From Prevotella sp. UBA6429 (GTDB lineage Bacteria > Bacteroidota > Bacteroidia > Bacteroidales > Bacteroidaceae): a DNA stretch of 49,689 nt. The notes beneath the pieces are model-generated. The model was not told the origin of the DNA, did no database searches, and worked only from the letters and a program-made list of their open reading frames with translations. The stretch lies in contig DJOV01000096.1 of assembly GCA_002437285.1 (NCBI GenBank), forward strand, positions 1 through 49,689. Direction: 5' to 3'. This document shows, one piece after another, positions 39,098 through 48,222 of the stretch. Made by a program: the position numbers and the translations under genes. Every line of letters starts with the position of its first letter. Position 1 is the stretch's first letter.

Positions 39098-39189
39098 TTT
39101 TTGGACTTTTCTACATATTCAATGTCGCATTTTGTTGCCAATCTCACCATATGTATGTAATTTTGTGTGACAAGAAAATACAGGCGGCA

Positions 39190-41337
39190 ATGAAGAGGAA
39201 AAGGCAAAGAGACATGTTGGACGTGTCACGGCTGGCGTGCTGGATGGCGCTGGTCGCACTGTCGCTGTGCCATGTTACCCTACGGGCGAGCACCGAATTT
39301 CTCATAGAGCAGCTGACAACGGTCGACGGACTTGCCAACAACACCGTGAGATGCATCTTGCAAGACTCCAAGGGCAGGATGTGGTTTGCCACATCTAACG
39401 GTGTGAGCATATACGAAAAAGGAACCTTCCGCAATCTCTCCGTTTCGCATGACAGGACGGAACGGGGACTTTGCGACCAGCGCACAAGAGCCCTGCATGA
39501 GGACAGAAGGGGCTATGTGTGGATAGGCTCGGTAGGGGGAGTGGACGGCTATGACATGAGGCGTGAGCGCCTGGTCGACTTCAGGAAGACGGGGGTGAAT
39601 CCATCCCCGTTTCCCAAGGCCAAGCCCGTAAAAATAAGGGACGGGAAAGGCAGGACATGGCAGGTGACAGAGCATGATGGCCTCTACATTACTGACGCCA
39701 ATGGCAAGAAGGAACACTTCACGACCACATCGCCCAACAATCCGCTGCCTACCAACGACTTGAAGTGCATCTATCGCGACAGGGACGGAGTGATATGGAT
39801 AGGCACCGACAACCTGGGAGTTTCCAAAATTACGGTCACGCATAACGAGGGCGCAGAGTATCGTGACGAGGGAGAGAACGTGAGGATGCTGGCCTGGCTG
39901 GGCAGCGATGTGGCGGCGGCCAACCGTCATGGAGACCTGTGGACATGCGACTCTGTGTTGAGACATGAGATGTCGCGCAGGACGTACGGGCATAATGTGT
40001 ATTGCGTCATGCGGGATGCGCGGGGCAACGTGTGGCGGGGCACGAAGGGCGGCGGACTGTATTGCGGCACACGCCGCATCCCCAACCTTCCGCACAGGGA
40101 AATATACTCCTTGTGGCAGGAGTCAGACAGCTGTGTGTGGATAGCGACATTTGGCGGCGGACTGGTGGCCTACGACCCGCTAAGACATGAAGTGGGAACG
40201 GTGCTCCTGACGATGACAGATGGCAGCCGACATGTGAGGAAACTCGCCATGGACTCAGGCAAGCGGCTATGGGTGGCAACAAGTGACGGCGTGTTTGTCG
40301 TAAAGGGCGAAGGAGGCGCACGAGGCTCCGCCAGGATCGTGACGCATTTGAGCGTGAAGAATGGGCAGATGCGAAGTGACGAGGTGCGAACAGTCTTTGT
40401 AGACAGCAAGGGTAGGGTGTACATGGCCGAGGCTGGCAGCGGCTTCGCCGTGTGGGAAAAAGGAAAACTGACCCATTACACCAAGGCGGACAGCCTTGTC
40501 AACGACATGGTGCAGTGTTTCGTTGAAGACAGGCAGGGGTTCATATGGATGTCTACCGAGCTCGGCGTATCGCGGTTTAACCCCACGACAAAGAAGATTG
40601 CCAATTTCTTCTTCTCGAAAAACATGCTCAACAATGTGTTCAATGAGAACAGTGGGGTGTTGCTCGCAGACGGTACAGTGGCTTTCGGCAGCGCCAACGG
40701 TATTGTAGTCATCACTCCATCGGTCTACAATGTCGGTGAAAGCACGACCGCGATCAGCGCCAATGACGTGACGGTAGACGGGCGCCCTGTGAGGCAAACG
40801 ATTGTTTATATGGTGGAAAACTGGTGGAAGTCGCCATGGGCCGTGGCGCTGTTGTCGCTGCTGGTCATTGGAGGCGTGTTGTCGTATCATTATAACCGTA
40901 GCCGCAATATGCTCTTCCGCGAGCGGATCAGCAAGTTGAAGGAACGCGCCGACTTGCTGTCCACTGACATACAGTGCAAGAGTGCCGAGGGGCAAGATGC
41001 CAGCGAAAAGGCGTTTGCCGAGAGAGCAAAGGCAATCGTTGAGGAGAGCATGTCTGACTCGGACTTTAACGTGGACGCTTTCGCGTCGCGGATGGGCATG
41101 GGACGCACGACATTCTTCCAAAAGATGAAACAAGCTACTGGCTACTCACCCAAGGAATACATCAACAGAAAGCGAGTCCATCATGCGGCTTACCTCATAA
41201 TGACCACCTCGCTGACCATCTCCGAGGTGGCGATGTCTGTGGGGTTCAGTGACCCCTTGTATTTTTCCAGGGTCTTCAAGGGTGAATATAAGTGCAGTCC
41301 CAAAGAGTGGAGGGCCAGGGAAAGCCAAAAGGATTGA
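39190..41337 (+). CDS. membrane-anchored beta-propeller sensor fused to an AraC DNA-binding domain (HTCS-like, no kinase or receiver)
   Basis: Reg_prop repeats (DGLANNTVRCILQDSKGRMWFAT etc.), TM after WWKSPWA, then AraC HTH (TISEVAMSVGFSDPLYFSRVFK). Confidence 0.9.
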   Translation: MKRKRQRDMLDVSRLACWMALVALSLCHVTLRASTEFLIEQLTTVDGLANNTVRCILQDSKGRMWFATSNGVSIYEKGTFRNLSVSHDRTERGLCDQRTRALHEDRRGYVWIGSVGGVDGYDMRRERLVDFRKTGVNPSPFPKAKPVKIRDGKGRTWQVTEHDGLYITDANGKKEHFTTTSPNNPLPTNDLKCIYRDRDGVIWIGTDNLGVSKITVTHNEGAEYRDEGENVRMLAWLGSDVAAANRHGDLWTCDSVLRHEMSRRTYGHNVYCVMRDARGNVWRGTKGGGLYCGTRRIPNLPHREIYSLWQESDSCVWIATFGGGLVAYDPLRHEVGTVLLTMTDGSRHVRKLAMDSGKRLWVATSDGVFVVKGEGGARGSARIVTHLSVKNGQMRSDEVRTVFVDSKGRVYMAEAGSGFAVWEKGKLTHYTKADSLVNDMVQCFVEDRQGFIWMSTELGVSRFNPTTKKIANFFFSKNMLNNVFNENSGVLLADGTVAFGSANGIVVITPSVYNVGESTTAISANDVTVDGRPVRQTIVYMVENWWKSPWAVALLSLLVIGGVLSYHYNRSRNMLFRERISKLKERADLLSTDIQCKSAEGQDASEKAFAERAKAIVEESMSDSDFNVDAFASRMGMGRTTFFQKMKQATGYSPKEYINRKRVHHAAYLIMTTSLTISEVAMSVGFSDPLYFSRVFKGEYKCSPKEWRARESQKD

Positions 41338-41515
41338 CGCTCACAGTCTTGGGGCGGCGTGGTTGCACGACGACACTTGCCGTGTGCTGTGTCTCTGTGC
41401 CCTCCCCCAAACTAAAAACGTGTCAAAAAAACGATGCGGAATGTCACGATTTCCATGAGAATGATGTAATTTTGCAGTGCAAAGAGAACAACACAACAAC
41501 TTAAACATCGCAAAT

Positions 41516-42415
41516 ATGAAGAAAATCAGAGCTGCTGTCGTGGGTTACGGCAACATTGGACATTACAGCGTGCAGGCACTGGAGGCCGCACCCGATTTTG
41601 AGATTGCAGGCGTCGTACGCCGCCAGGGCGCACAGGACAAGCCCCTGGAGCTGGAGCCCTATGAGGTGGTGGATGACATCACCAAACTGAAGGATGTCGA
41701 CGTGGCCATCCTCGCCACTCCCACGCGCCTCTGTCCCGAATATGCAGAGAAAATCACGAAGCTGGGCATCAGCACCGTGGACAGCTTCGACATACACACG
41801 TCCATCCTGAGCTACCGCAACAGCCAGATGGAGAACAACCTGAAGACGGGCACCGTGTCGGTCATCTCTGCCGGATGGGATCCGGGCTCCGACTCCGTGG
41901 TGCGCGTGCTCCTGCAGGCGCTCGCGCCCAAGGGCCTGAGCTATACCAACTTCGGACCGGGCATGTCGATGGGCCACAGCGTGGTGGCACGCTCCAAGAA
42001 GGGCGTGAAGAACGCGCTGAGCATGACCATCCCTCTCGGTGAGGGCATCCACCGCCGCATGGTCTATGTGGAGCTCGAGGAGGGCGCCACGCTCGATGAG
42101 GTGGAGAAGGAGCTCAAGGCTGACGACTACTTCGCACACGATGAGCTTCATGTGTTCGCCGTGAAGAGCGTCGATGACGTGCGTGACATGGGCCACGGCG
42201 TCCACATGACGCGCAAGGGCACCAGTGGCGCAACGCCCAACCAGCGCATGTCGTTTGACATGAACATCAACAACCCCGCCCTCACAGGCCAGGTGCTCGT
42301 CGACGTGGCACGCGCCACCCAGCGCTTGCAGCCGGGTTGCTACACCATGCCCGAGATTCCCGTCATCGACCTCCTGCCCGAGAGCCGAGAGGAGATCATC
42401 GGCTCGCTGGTCTAA
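41516..42415 (+). CDS. ddh: meso-diaminopimelate D-dehydrogenase
   Basis: VVGYGNIG, TVDSFDIH, SAGWDPGSDS and FGPGMSMGHS motifs; TAATTTTG promoter element at 41467. Confidence 0.95.
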   Translation: MKKIRAAVVGYGNIGHYSVQALEAAPDFEIAGVVRRQGAQDKPLELEPYEVVDDITKLKDVDVAILATPTRLCPEYAEKITKLGISTVDSFDIHTSILSYRNSQMENNLKTGTVSVISAGWDPGSDSVVRVLLQALAPKGLSYTNFGPGMSMGHSVVARSKKGVKNALSMTIPLGEGIHRRMVYVELEEGATLDEVEKELKADDYFAHDELHVFAVKSVDDVRDMGHGVHMTRKGTSGATPNQRMSFDMNINNPALTGQVLVDVARATQRLQPGCYTMPEIPVIDLLPESREEIIGSLV

Positions 42416-42437
42416 GCGCTGCGCGCATGAAAACAAG

Positions 42438-42477
42438 AAAAGGCACAACTGTCGCACGGACGGTTGTGCCCTTTGTT
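42438..42477 (+). terminator. intrinsic terminator after ddh
   Basis: GGCACAACTGTC/GACGGTTGTGCC stem followed by CTTTGTT. Confidence 0.75.
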
Positions 42478-42502
42478 GATTGTGCTTAAAAATACCTAAA
42501 TG

Positions 42503-42546
42503 TTACCCTAAGGTAACTTACCTTTGGGTAATATTTTGTATATTTG
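42503..42546 (+). promoter_or_regulatory. double-palindrome operator plus sigma-A -7 element
   Basis: TTACCCTAAGGTAA-C-TTACCTTTGGGTAA (42503-42531), then TATATTTG (42539-42546). Confidence 0.7.
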
Positions 42547-42575
42547 CAACCTGACTCACCTAAGACGATAAGACG

Positions 42576-43730
42576 ATGACCACATATCCTTCTCCTTTCC
42601 AGTTTGGCACATTGGCCACTGACGAAAACTTCATAGACCGGCAGGAAGATCGCGCCTTGCTCAAGCAATTGCTGTCTTCCCACATCAACGTGATGCTCAT
42701 CTCCCCGCGCAGATGGGGCAAGTCGTCGCTGGTCAAGAAGGCCATGGACGAACTGGTGGTTGAGGACCGAAAGGTGCGCGTGTGCTACATTGACGCTTTT
42801 AGCATCGGGTCGGAGGCTGAGTTCTATCGTCTCTTTGCCAGCAGGGTCATCGCTTGCGCCTCATCGAAGGTGGAGCGCTGGATAGAGGATGCCCGGAGGT
42901 TTCTTAGTGGCGTGATCCCGCAGATTGTAGTCAATGACCAAGTGACCGATTTCCTGGCTTTCGACTTGAAGTTTGTTCCACAAGAGCGTGACAAACTGAC
43001 CATCCTCCAGTTGCCGGAGATGCTGGCCAAGGAGAAGGACGTCGAGATTATCGTGTGTATAGATGAGTTTCAGCAGCTGGCCAATCTTCCGGAATACAAG
43101 GACATGGAAGGGAAAATGCGTGCCGTGTGGCAACAGCAGCAACGCACCTCCTACTGTCTCTATGGCAGCAAGCGCAACATGATGCAGCGCATCTTCACAC
43201 AGTCGAATAGCCCATTCTACCGCTTCGGCCAAGTCATCTTCATGGGAAAGATAGCCAAGGAACACTGGATGCCGTTCATACAGAGGTCGTTTGAGAAGAC
43301 TGGCAAGTCCATATCTCCGGATTTTGCCAGTAGGATTTGTGATATTGTGGCCTGCCATTCCTGGTACCTGCAGCAACTGTGTTATTTCATCTGGAGCTTT
43401 ACGCCAACGGAGGTCACCGAGGATGTTTTTCGCCTGGGGCTGAAGCAAGTGCTCAACATCAACACGCCGATGTTCCAAAACGACACGGAGAACCTCAGCG
43501 CCACGCAGATAGAGATGCTGAAAGCCATAGCTGAGGGCGAGCAGCATTTCTCCTCCCTATCCGCCAAACAGAAGTATCGGCTTGGCAATCCCAACACCAT
43601 TGTCAAGAACAAGCTGACGCTCCAAAACAAGGACATCATCGAGCGGCAGGGGAAAAATCTCGCCTTTGTCGACCCGATATACCAACTGTGGTTCAGGAGT
43701 GAATATTGCAGAAACACCATTGTCTCATAA
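42576..43730 (+). CDS. AAA+/ATPase_2-type P-loop ATPase with probable C-terminal wHTH
   Basis: PFQFG...FIDR, Walker A SPRRWGKS, Walker B CIDEFQ, GSKR, C-terminal FVDPIYQLW. Confidence 0.88.
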   Translation: MTTYPSPFQFGTLATDENFIDRQEDRALLKQLLSSHINVMLISPRRWGKSSLVKKAMDELVVEDRKVRVCYIDAFSIGSEAEFYRLFASRVIACASSKVERWIEDARRFLSGVIPQIVVNDQVTDFLAFDLKFVPQERDKLTILQLPEMLAKEKDVEIIVCIDEFQQLANLPEYKDMEGKMRAVWQQQQRTSYCLYGSKRNMMQRIFTQSNSPFYRFGQVIFMGKIAKEHWMPFIQRSFEKTGKSISPDFASRICDIVACHSWYLQQLCYFIWSFTPTEVTEDVFRLGLKQVLNINTPMFQNDTENLSATQIEMLKAIAEGEQHFSSLSAKQKYRLGNPNTIVKNKLTLQNKDIIERQGKNLAFVDPIYQLWFRSEYCRNTIVS

Positions 43731-43971
43731 TACGGAAAAACAACAACGCATGGCCGCCACCGACTTTGCTAAGCGATGGGAGGGGCGGGGATATGAGAAG
43801 GGACAGAGCCAGACCTTTTGGATAGAACTTCTCACGGAGGTGTTTGGCGTGAAGACTCCTTCTGACTTTATTAGGTTTGAGCAGCAGGCGCAACTTGATC
43901 ACACGTCATTCATCGATGCCATCATTCCGAGTACTCACGTCATGATTTCCTGCAAAGATGGCGGAGACTGA
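43720..43971 (+). pseudogene. N-terminal remnant of an MmeI-like type IIL restriction-modification protein
   Basis: FAKRWEGRGYEKGQSQTFWIELLTEVFGV...FIRFEQ...TSFIDAIIPSTHVMI, then abrupt loss of similarity and a stop where the nuclease EqKS motif is expected. Confidence 0.75.
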
Positions 43972-44042
43972 TATTGTGGCGGAACTGTTTAAGTTGTATG
44001 GCGGAATGGCTGGACAATAGGTTTGCAGAAGAATTCCTGTTT

Positions 44043-45005
44043 TTATCCTTCCCGCCTCAACTGGACGACGTCGATGCCGGGCCAGGCGCCGAAGCGGAAG
44101 GGCACCGTGCCGCCGATGCCCACCGACACGTAGAGCATCGACCCGTCCTCGGTGTACTTGCCGCCCCACTCGTTGTAGGCCCACTTGGCGGGTGAGAAGC
44201 GGCCCATGCTGATCTGCCCCGCATGGGTGTGCCCCGACAGCGTGAGGGCGATGTCGGTCTTGTGGAGCACGCCGCGCCGCCAGTGGCTGGGGTCGTGGCT
44301 CAGCAGAATCTTGAATGAGCCGGGTGCCGTCCCCTCAAGTGCTTTCTCCAGGTCACCGTAGTCGGGGAAGGGCGGTCGGCTGATGTTCTCCACACCCACC
44401 AGGTCAATGCTCGCCCCGCCCCGGTGCAGGCTGACGTGCTCGTTCAGGAGCAGGCGCCAGCCTATCTTCTGTTCCAGGTACTTCAGCACCGTCTGGTTCT
44501 TGCGTATGTAGCCCACGCTCTTGTCCTCGCCATACTCGCAGTAGTCGTGGTTGCCCATGACCGAGAACACCCCGTCGCGCGCCTTGATCTGCTTCAGCGC
44601 GTGCTGGAAGGGGATGACCTCCTGTGCGCTGACGTTCACCAGGTCGCCCGTGAAGACCACCAGGTCAGGCTGTTGCGCGTTGACCAGGCGCACCATCTTG
44701 TCGACGAACGAGCGGTTGCGCAGGAAGGTGCCGATGTGGATGTCGGACAGTTGCACCACGCGGTAGCCGTCGAAAGCTGCCGGCAGCAGGGGCGAGGAGC
44801 ACGTGGCCGAGCGCACCACGAGGTGGCGCCAACCGCAGAAGAAACCGTAGGCCATCAGCACTATCCAGACCGTCGGGAGCACCAGCGCCCACCGCCAGCC
44901 CACCAGGGGCCACAGGACGAGTAACACTATGCCGGGAATGCCGATGAGCAGCGCGGCACCCGTGATGAGCCGCATCAGTGTGTTGTGACGGAGTTTCACT
45001 TTCAT
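44043..45005 (-). CDS. membrane-anchored metallophosphoesterase (YkuE-like)
   Basis: SDIH, FTGDLVN, GNHD, LLSHDP and LSGHTHAGQ motifs; TATCTTTG promoter element at 45026-45033. Confidence 0.93.
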   Translation of the reverse strand: MKVKLRHNTLMRLITGAALLIGIPGIVLLVLWPLVGWRWALVLPTVWIVLMAYGFFCGWRHLVVRSATCSSPLLPAAFDGYRVVQLSDIHIGTFLRNRSFVDKMVRLVNAQQPDLVVFTGDLVNVSAQEVIPFQHALKQIKARDGVFSVMGNHDYCEYGEDKSVGYIRKNQTVLKYLEQKIGWRLLLNEHVSLHRGGASIDLVGVENISRPPFPDYGDLEKALEGTAPGSFKILLSHDPSHWRRGVLHKTDIALTLSGHTHAGQISMGRFSPAKWAYNEWGGKYTEDGSMLYVSVGIGGTVPFRFGAWPGIDVVQLRREG

Positions 45006-45185
45006 GGTTGTTGTCTTTGTGGTTGCAAAGATAACATTTTATGGGGTGGAAACATGGTTTGCGCCCAATTATTTTGTCTCAGTCCGGAATTTGCCGTGAC
45101 AAGCCCCATGGCTTTCAACCCAGTTAAACCGCTCACGCCATTCATCGGTCCCTGTCCACGGAGTGTAAAGGGCATGACTTGTGTG

Positions 45186-46616
45186 TCACTCGAATTTCCA
45201 CCAGTCGAAGTTGAAGAGCTTGCTTCCCTTCAGGCCCTTGAACACGAAATAGACATCATGCTTGCCTGTCGGTTGGCGTTGCGTCTGTGTGGTGAAGGTC
45301 TTCCATTTCTCCCAACCGCCCGTCTTGGTTACTTGCACGGAGGCCACCGTCTCACCGTCAATCTTGTCAAGGTGCACTTCAAGCGTACCACCCTGCAAGG
45401 CGCTGGCCGCCGCGATGCTGAAGGCTTTGGCCCCCTTGCTGCCGAAGTCCACCTCGCGCACCTTGATGTAGTCGCCATGGTGTATCTCGGAGATGTAGAC
45501 ACCCGTGTCGTCGTTTTGCTCCGCCTTCACACCCTTGGAGAAGGCGATGGTCTCCGCCTCATTGCGCTGGTAGGGGTCGAGCGTGCCGACGGGCGCGACG
45601 CCCCGCTCCGTGTGGTGGATGGTGGGGAACGTCCCGTCGGCGTTGTACTGGAACTCCTCGACGGCGACACTGCGCCCAAAGCCGCCGCCCAGCTTGCCGG
45701 TGTGGTAGAAGAAGTAAGACTTGCCCTTGTAGTCGGTGACGCCACAATGGTTGGTGAAGGAGCCCGTGTCTTCCTGGGGCATGATCGTCCCCTTGTATTT
45801 CCAGGGGCCAAAAGGCTTCTTGCTCATCGAGTAGGCGATGTGCTCAGGCACGCCCCCGGCCGCATAGAGCATGTAGTAGTGGCCGCCCCGCTTCATCAGC
45901 CAGGGCCCTTCTGTGTAGCAGTCCTTGTATTTCACGGTCTTGTCGCGTTGCTCCACGTCGGGGGCCCCGAAGCCTTCCGCCGTCATGCGGATGCGTCCCA
46001 CCTCACGCTTCTCGTCCACGGCCTCCTTCTTGCTCACGCCATCCTTGAAGCTGACCATGTCATCGTTGAGCCTGGCGTAATAGAGATGCGGATTGCCCCA
46101 GTAGAGATAGGCCTGCCCGTCGTCATCCATCCAAACGGTGGGGTCGATGTTGTCCCAACTGCCGTTGTCGAAGAGGGGCTTGCCGAGGGCGTCCTTGAAA
46201 GGGCCTGTGGGCGAGTCGGCCACAGCCACGCCGATAGCCATGCCGCCAGTCAGCTTGGAGTGTGCGCATACGTACCAATAATACTTGCCGTCACGCTCGA
46301 TGGTCTGGGCGGCCCACGCCCGGTCGTCGGCCCATGCGAAGGAGGACAGGTCGAGGGGCGACCCGTGGTCGGTCCAGTTTACCATGTCTGTGGAGGAATA
46401 CACGCGCCACTCGTTCATCCAGAAGAAGTCGGCGCCATCCTCGTCGTGCCCTGTGTAGACATAGAGGCGGTCTCCGACCACCAGGGGTGCGGGGTCGGTG
46501 GTCAGTTGGGTCTGGATGATGGGGTTCTGTGCATGAGCGGTGCCGTGTAGGGTCAGCAGCAACGCGCCCCAAACGAATGCTTTCTTGTGGTTTAAGGTCT
46601 TGAGAGTCTTCATCAT
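45186..46616 (-). CDS. glycoside hydrolase family 43 with C-terminal CBM6
   Basis: TDPAPLV, WAAQ, IDPTVW, EGPW and TNHCG motifs; CBM6-like GDYIKVREVDFG...TGGWEKW...FNFDWWKF; start could be 46643, 46616 or 46613. Confidence 0.92.
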   Translation of the reverse strand: MMKTLKTLNHKKAFVWGALLLTLHGTAHAQNPIIQTQLTTDPAPLVVGDRLYVYTGHDEDGADFFWMNEWRVYSSTDMVNWTDHGSPLDLSSFAWADDRAWAAQTIERDGKYYWYVCAHSKLTGGMAIGVAVADSPTGPFKDALGKPLFDNGSWDNIDPTVWMDDDGQAYLYWGNPHLYYARLNDDMVSFKDGVSKKEAVDEKREVGRIRMTAEGFGAPDVEQRDKTVKYKDCYTEGPWLMKRGGHYYMLYAAGGVPEHIAYSMSKKPFGPWKYKGTIMPQEDTGSFTNHCGVTDYKGKSYFFYHTGKLGGGFGRSVAVEEFQYNADGTFPTIHHTERGVAPVGTLDPYQRNEAETIAFSKGVKAEQNDDTGVYISEIHHGDYIKVREVDFGSKGAKAFSIAAASALQGGTLEVHLDKIDGETVASVQVTKTGGWEKWKTFTTQTQRQPTGKHDVYFVFKGLKGSKLFNFDWWKFE

Positions 46617-46873
46617 TGTTGTTTGTTTGTCGGTTGTGTCCATCCGTGGGTGCGTGGGCTGTTCCTTCCCCCCGTAGGATGGTGTGTCGCAAAATTATGA
46701 AACTATGCGCACATGGACTTTCCTTGACGTGTCAAAAACGTTGCTTGGCGTATGATGAGGCCATGGGATAGGTGAAAAAATGTTGCCGGTCAGCATGTTT
46801 TCGTTCCCCCTTATTCGATTTTCCGTTTTTTGGTGTTAACTTTGCGAACAATCCCAAAAAAAGAACAAAAGAC

Positions 46874-47269
46874 ATGAGAAAGAAGACAATCATGAAGTCT
46901 ATGGCCATAGCCGCTGCCGTGGTGCTGCTGGCGAGTGCCATGCCTGCCACGGAACCTGTCGTGAAAGAAGACGGTGCCACCGTGATCAACACCACCACGC
47001 TGGCCAAGGATGTGAAGGGATTTCGGGGCGAGACGCCCGTGAAGATCTATGTCAAGAAGGGCAAGGTCGTGAAGATTGTGGCGCTCAAGAACCACGAGAC
47101 GCCCCAGTACTTTGGCAAGGCCAAGGCCGTGCTGGCCAAGTTTGAGGGCAAGAGCGTCGGCAAGGCCGCCAAGATGAAGGTGGACGGCGTGACGGGTGCC
47201 ACCTACAGCAGCAAGGCCCTGGTGAAGAATGTGCAGGCCGGCCTGAAGTATTACAACGCACACCGCTAA
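46874..47269 (+). CDS. FMN-binding domain protein
   Basis: GFRG, ETPQY and flavinylation motif VDGVTGATYSS; signal peptide; TAACTTTG promoter element at 46837. Confidence 0.9.
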   Translation: MRKKTIMKSMAIAAAVVLLASAMPATEPVVKEDGATVINTTTLAKDVKGFRGETPVKIYVKKGKVVKIVALKNHETPQYFGKAKAVLAKFEGKSVGKAAKMKVDGVTGATYSSKALVKNVQAGLKYYNAHR

Positions 47270-48207
47270 AGGTCGAACGTCGCCACCAGGGGCAGGTGGT
47301 CGCTGAAGCCATCGAGGTATTTGGGCCCCTGGTAGGTGCGGCGAGGCTTCATGCCGCCATACTTGCTGTCCTCCTCAAGCAGGAAGGGCGCGTCGTTGAT
47401 GCGGCAACTGCGCAGGCGCGATGCCAGCCACGCACAACAGAAGATGTGGTCGAGGCTGTCCCAACGACCGTGCCAGCGATAGGTGCCCCGCGCCCCGTGT
47501 CGCCCGGTGGCACCCTCGGACACCTCGGTCAGTCCGTGGGCGAGCAGGGTGCGGAGGGCCGGGTCGCCCGAGTAGTCATTGAAGTCGCCCGCCACGAGGA
47601 TGCGCGCCTGAGGGCTGAGCCGCCTCACGGAATCGATGGCTCCGGCCAGCCGGTCGGCCACCAACTGGCGATAGGGGCGCGTGGCCCGTTCGCCGCTTGC
47701 ACGACTGGGCGCATGCACCACGAAGACGTGGAGCGTGTCGCCTGTAATCACCTCCCCCGAGACATAGAGGATGTCTCGGGTGGGGCGAAATTGTTTTGGG
47801 TGATCGATGCGGATGGCGTGGTGGCGGATGAGACGAAAGGAGAAGGGTGACCACAGCAGCGCCACGTCGATGCCGCGCTCGTCGGGGCTCTGGGTCATCA
47901 CATACTCGTAGCCCGCCTGCCGCAGGAGCGACCGGCGGGTCAAGTCGGTGAGCACGCTATCGTTTTCCACCTCCGTCAGCGCCACCATGTCGGGCATGGC
48001 CTGCACGCTGTCGAGTGCGCCGCACGACACGATTTCCTGTCCGATGCGGTTCAGCTTGCGCCAATAGCGATAGGGTGTCCAGCGGTGGGCCGACGTGGGC
48101 AGAAACTCCGTGTCGCGCTTCAGGCTGTCGTGCCGCGTGTCGAAGAGGTTCTCACAGTTGAGCTCAACAAAGGTGAAGAGCGACAGGAGCAACAGGGTCA
48201 CGCTCAT
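47266..48207 (-). CDS. endonuclease/exonuclease/phosphatase family protein
   Basis: NCENLFD, EVEN, DERGIDVAL, HAPSR, GDFND, LDHI and SDHLP motifs. Confidence 0.92.
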   Translation of the reverse strand: MSVTLLLLSLFTFVELNCENLFDTRHDSLKRDTEFLPTSAHRWTPYRYWRKLNRIGQEIVSCGALDSVQAMPDMVALTEVENDSVLTDLTRRSLLRQAGYEYVMTQSPDERGIDVALLWSPFSFRLIRHHAIRIDHPKQFRPTRDILYVSGEVITGDTLHVFVVHAPSRASGERATRPYRQLVADRLAGAIDSVRRLSPQARILVAGDFNDYSGDPALRTLLAHGLTEVSEGATGRHGARGTYRWHGRWDSLDHIFCCAWLASRLRSCRINDAPFLLEEDSKYGGMKPRRTYQGPKYLDGFSDHLPLVATFDL

Positions 48208-48222
48208 GATTCGATGGCCGGC

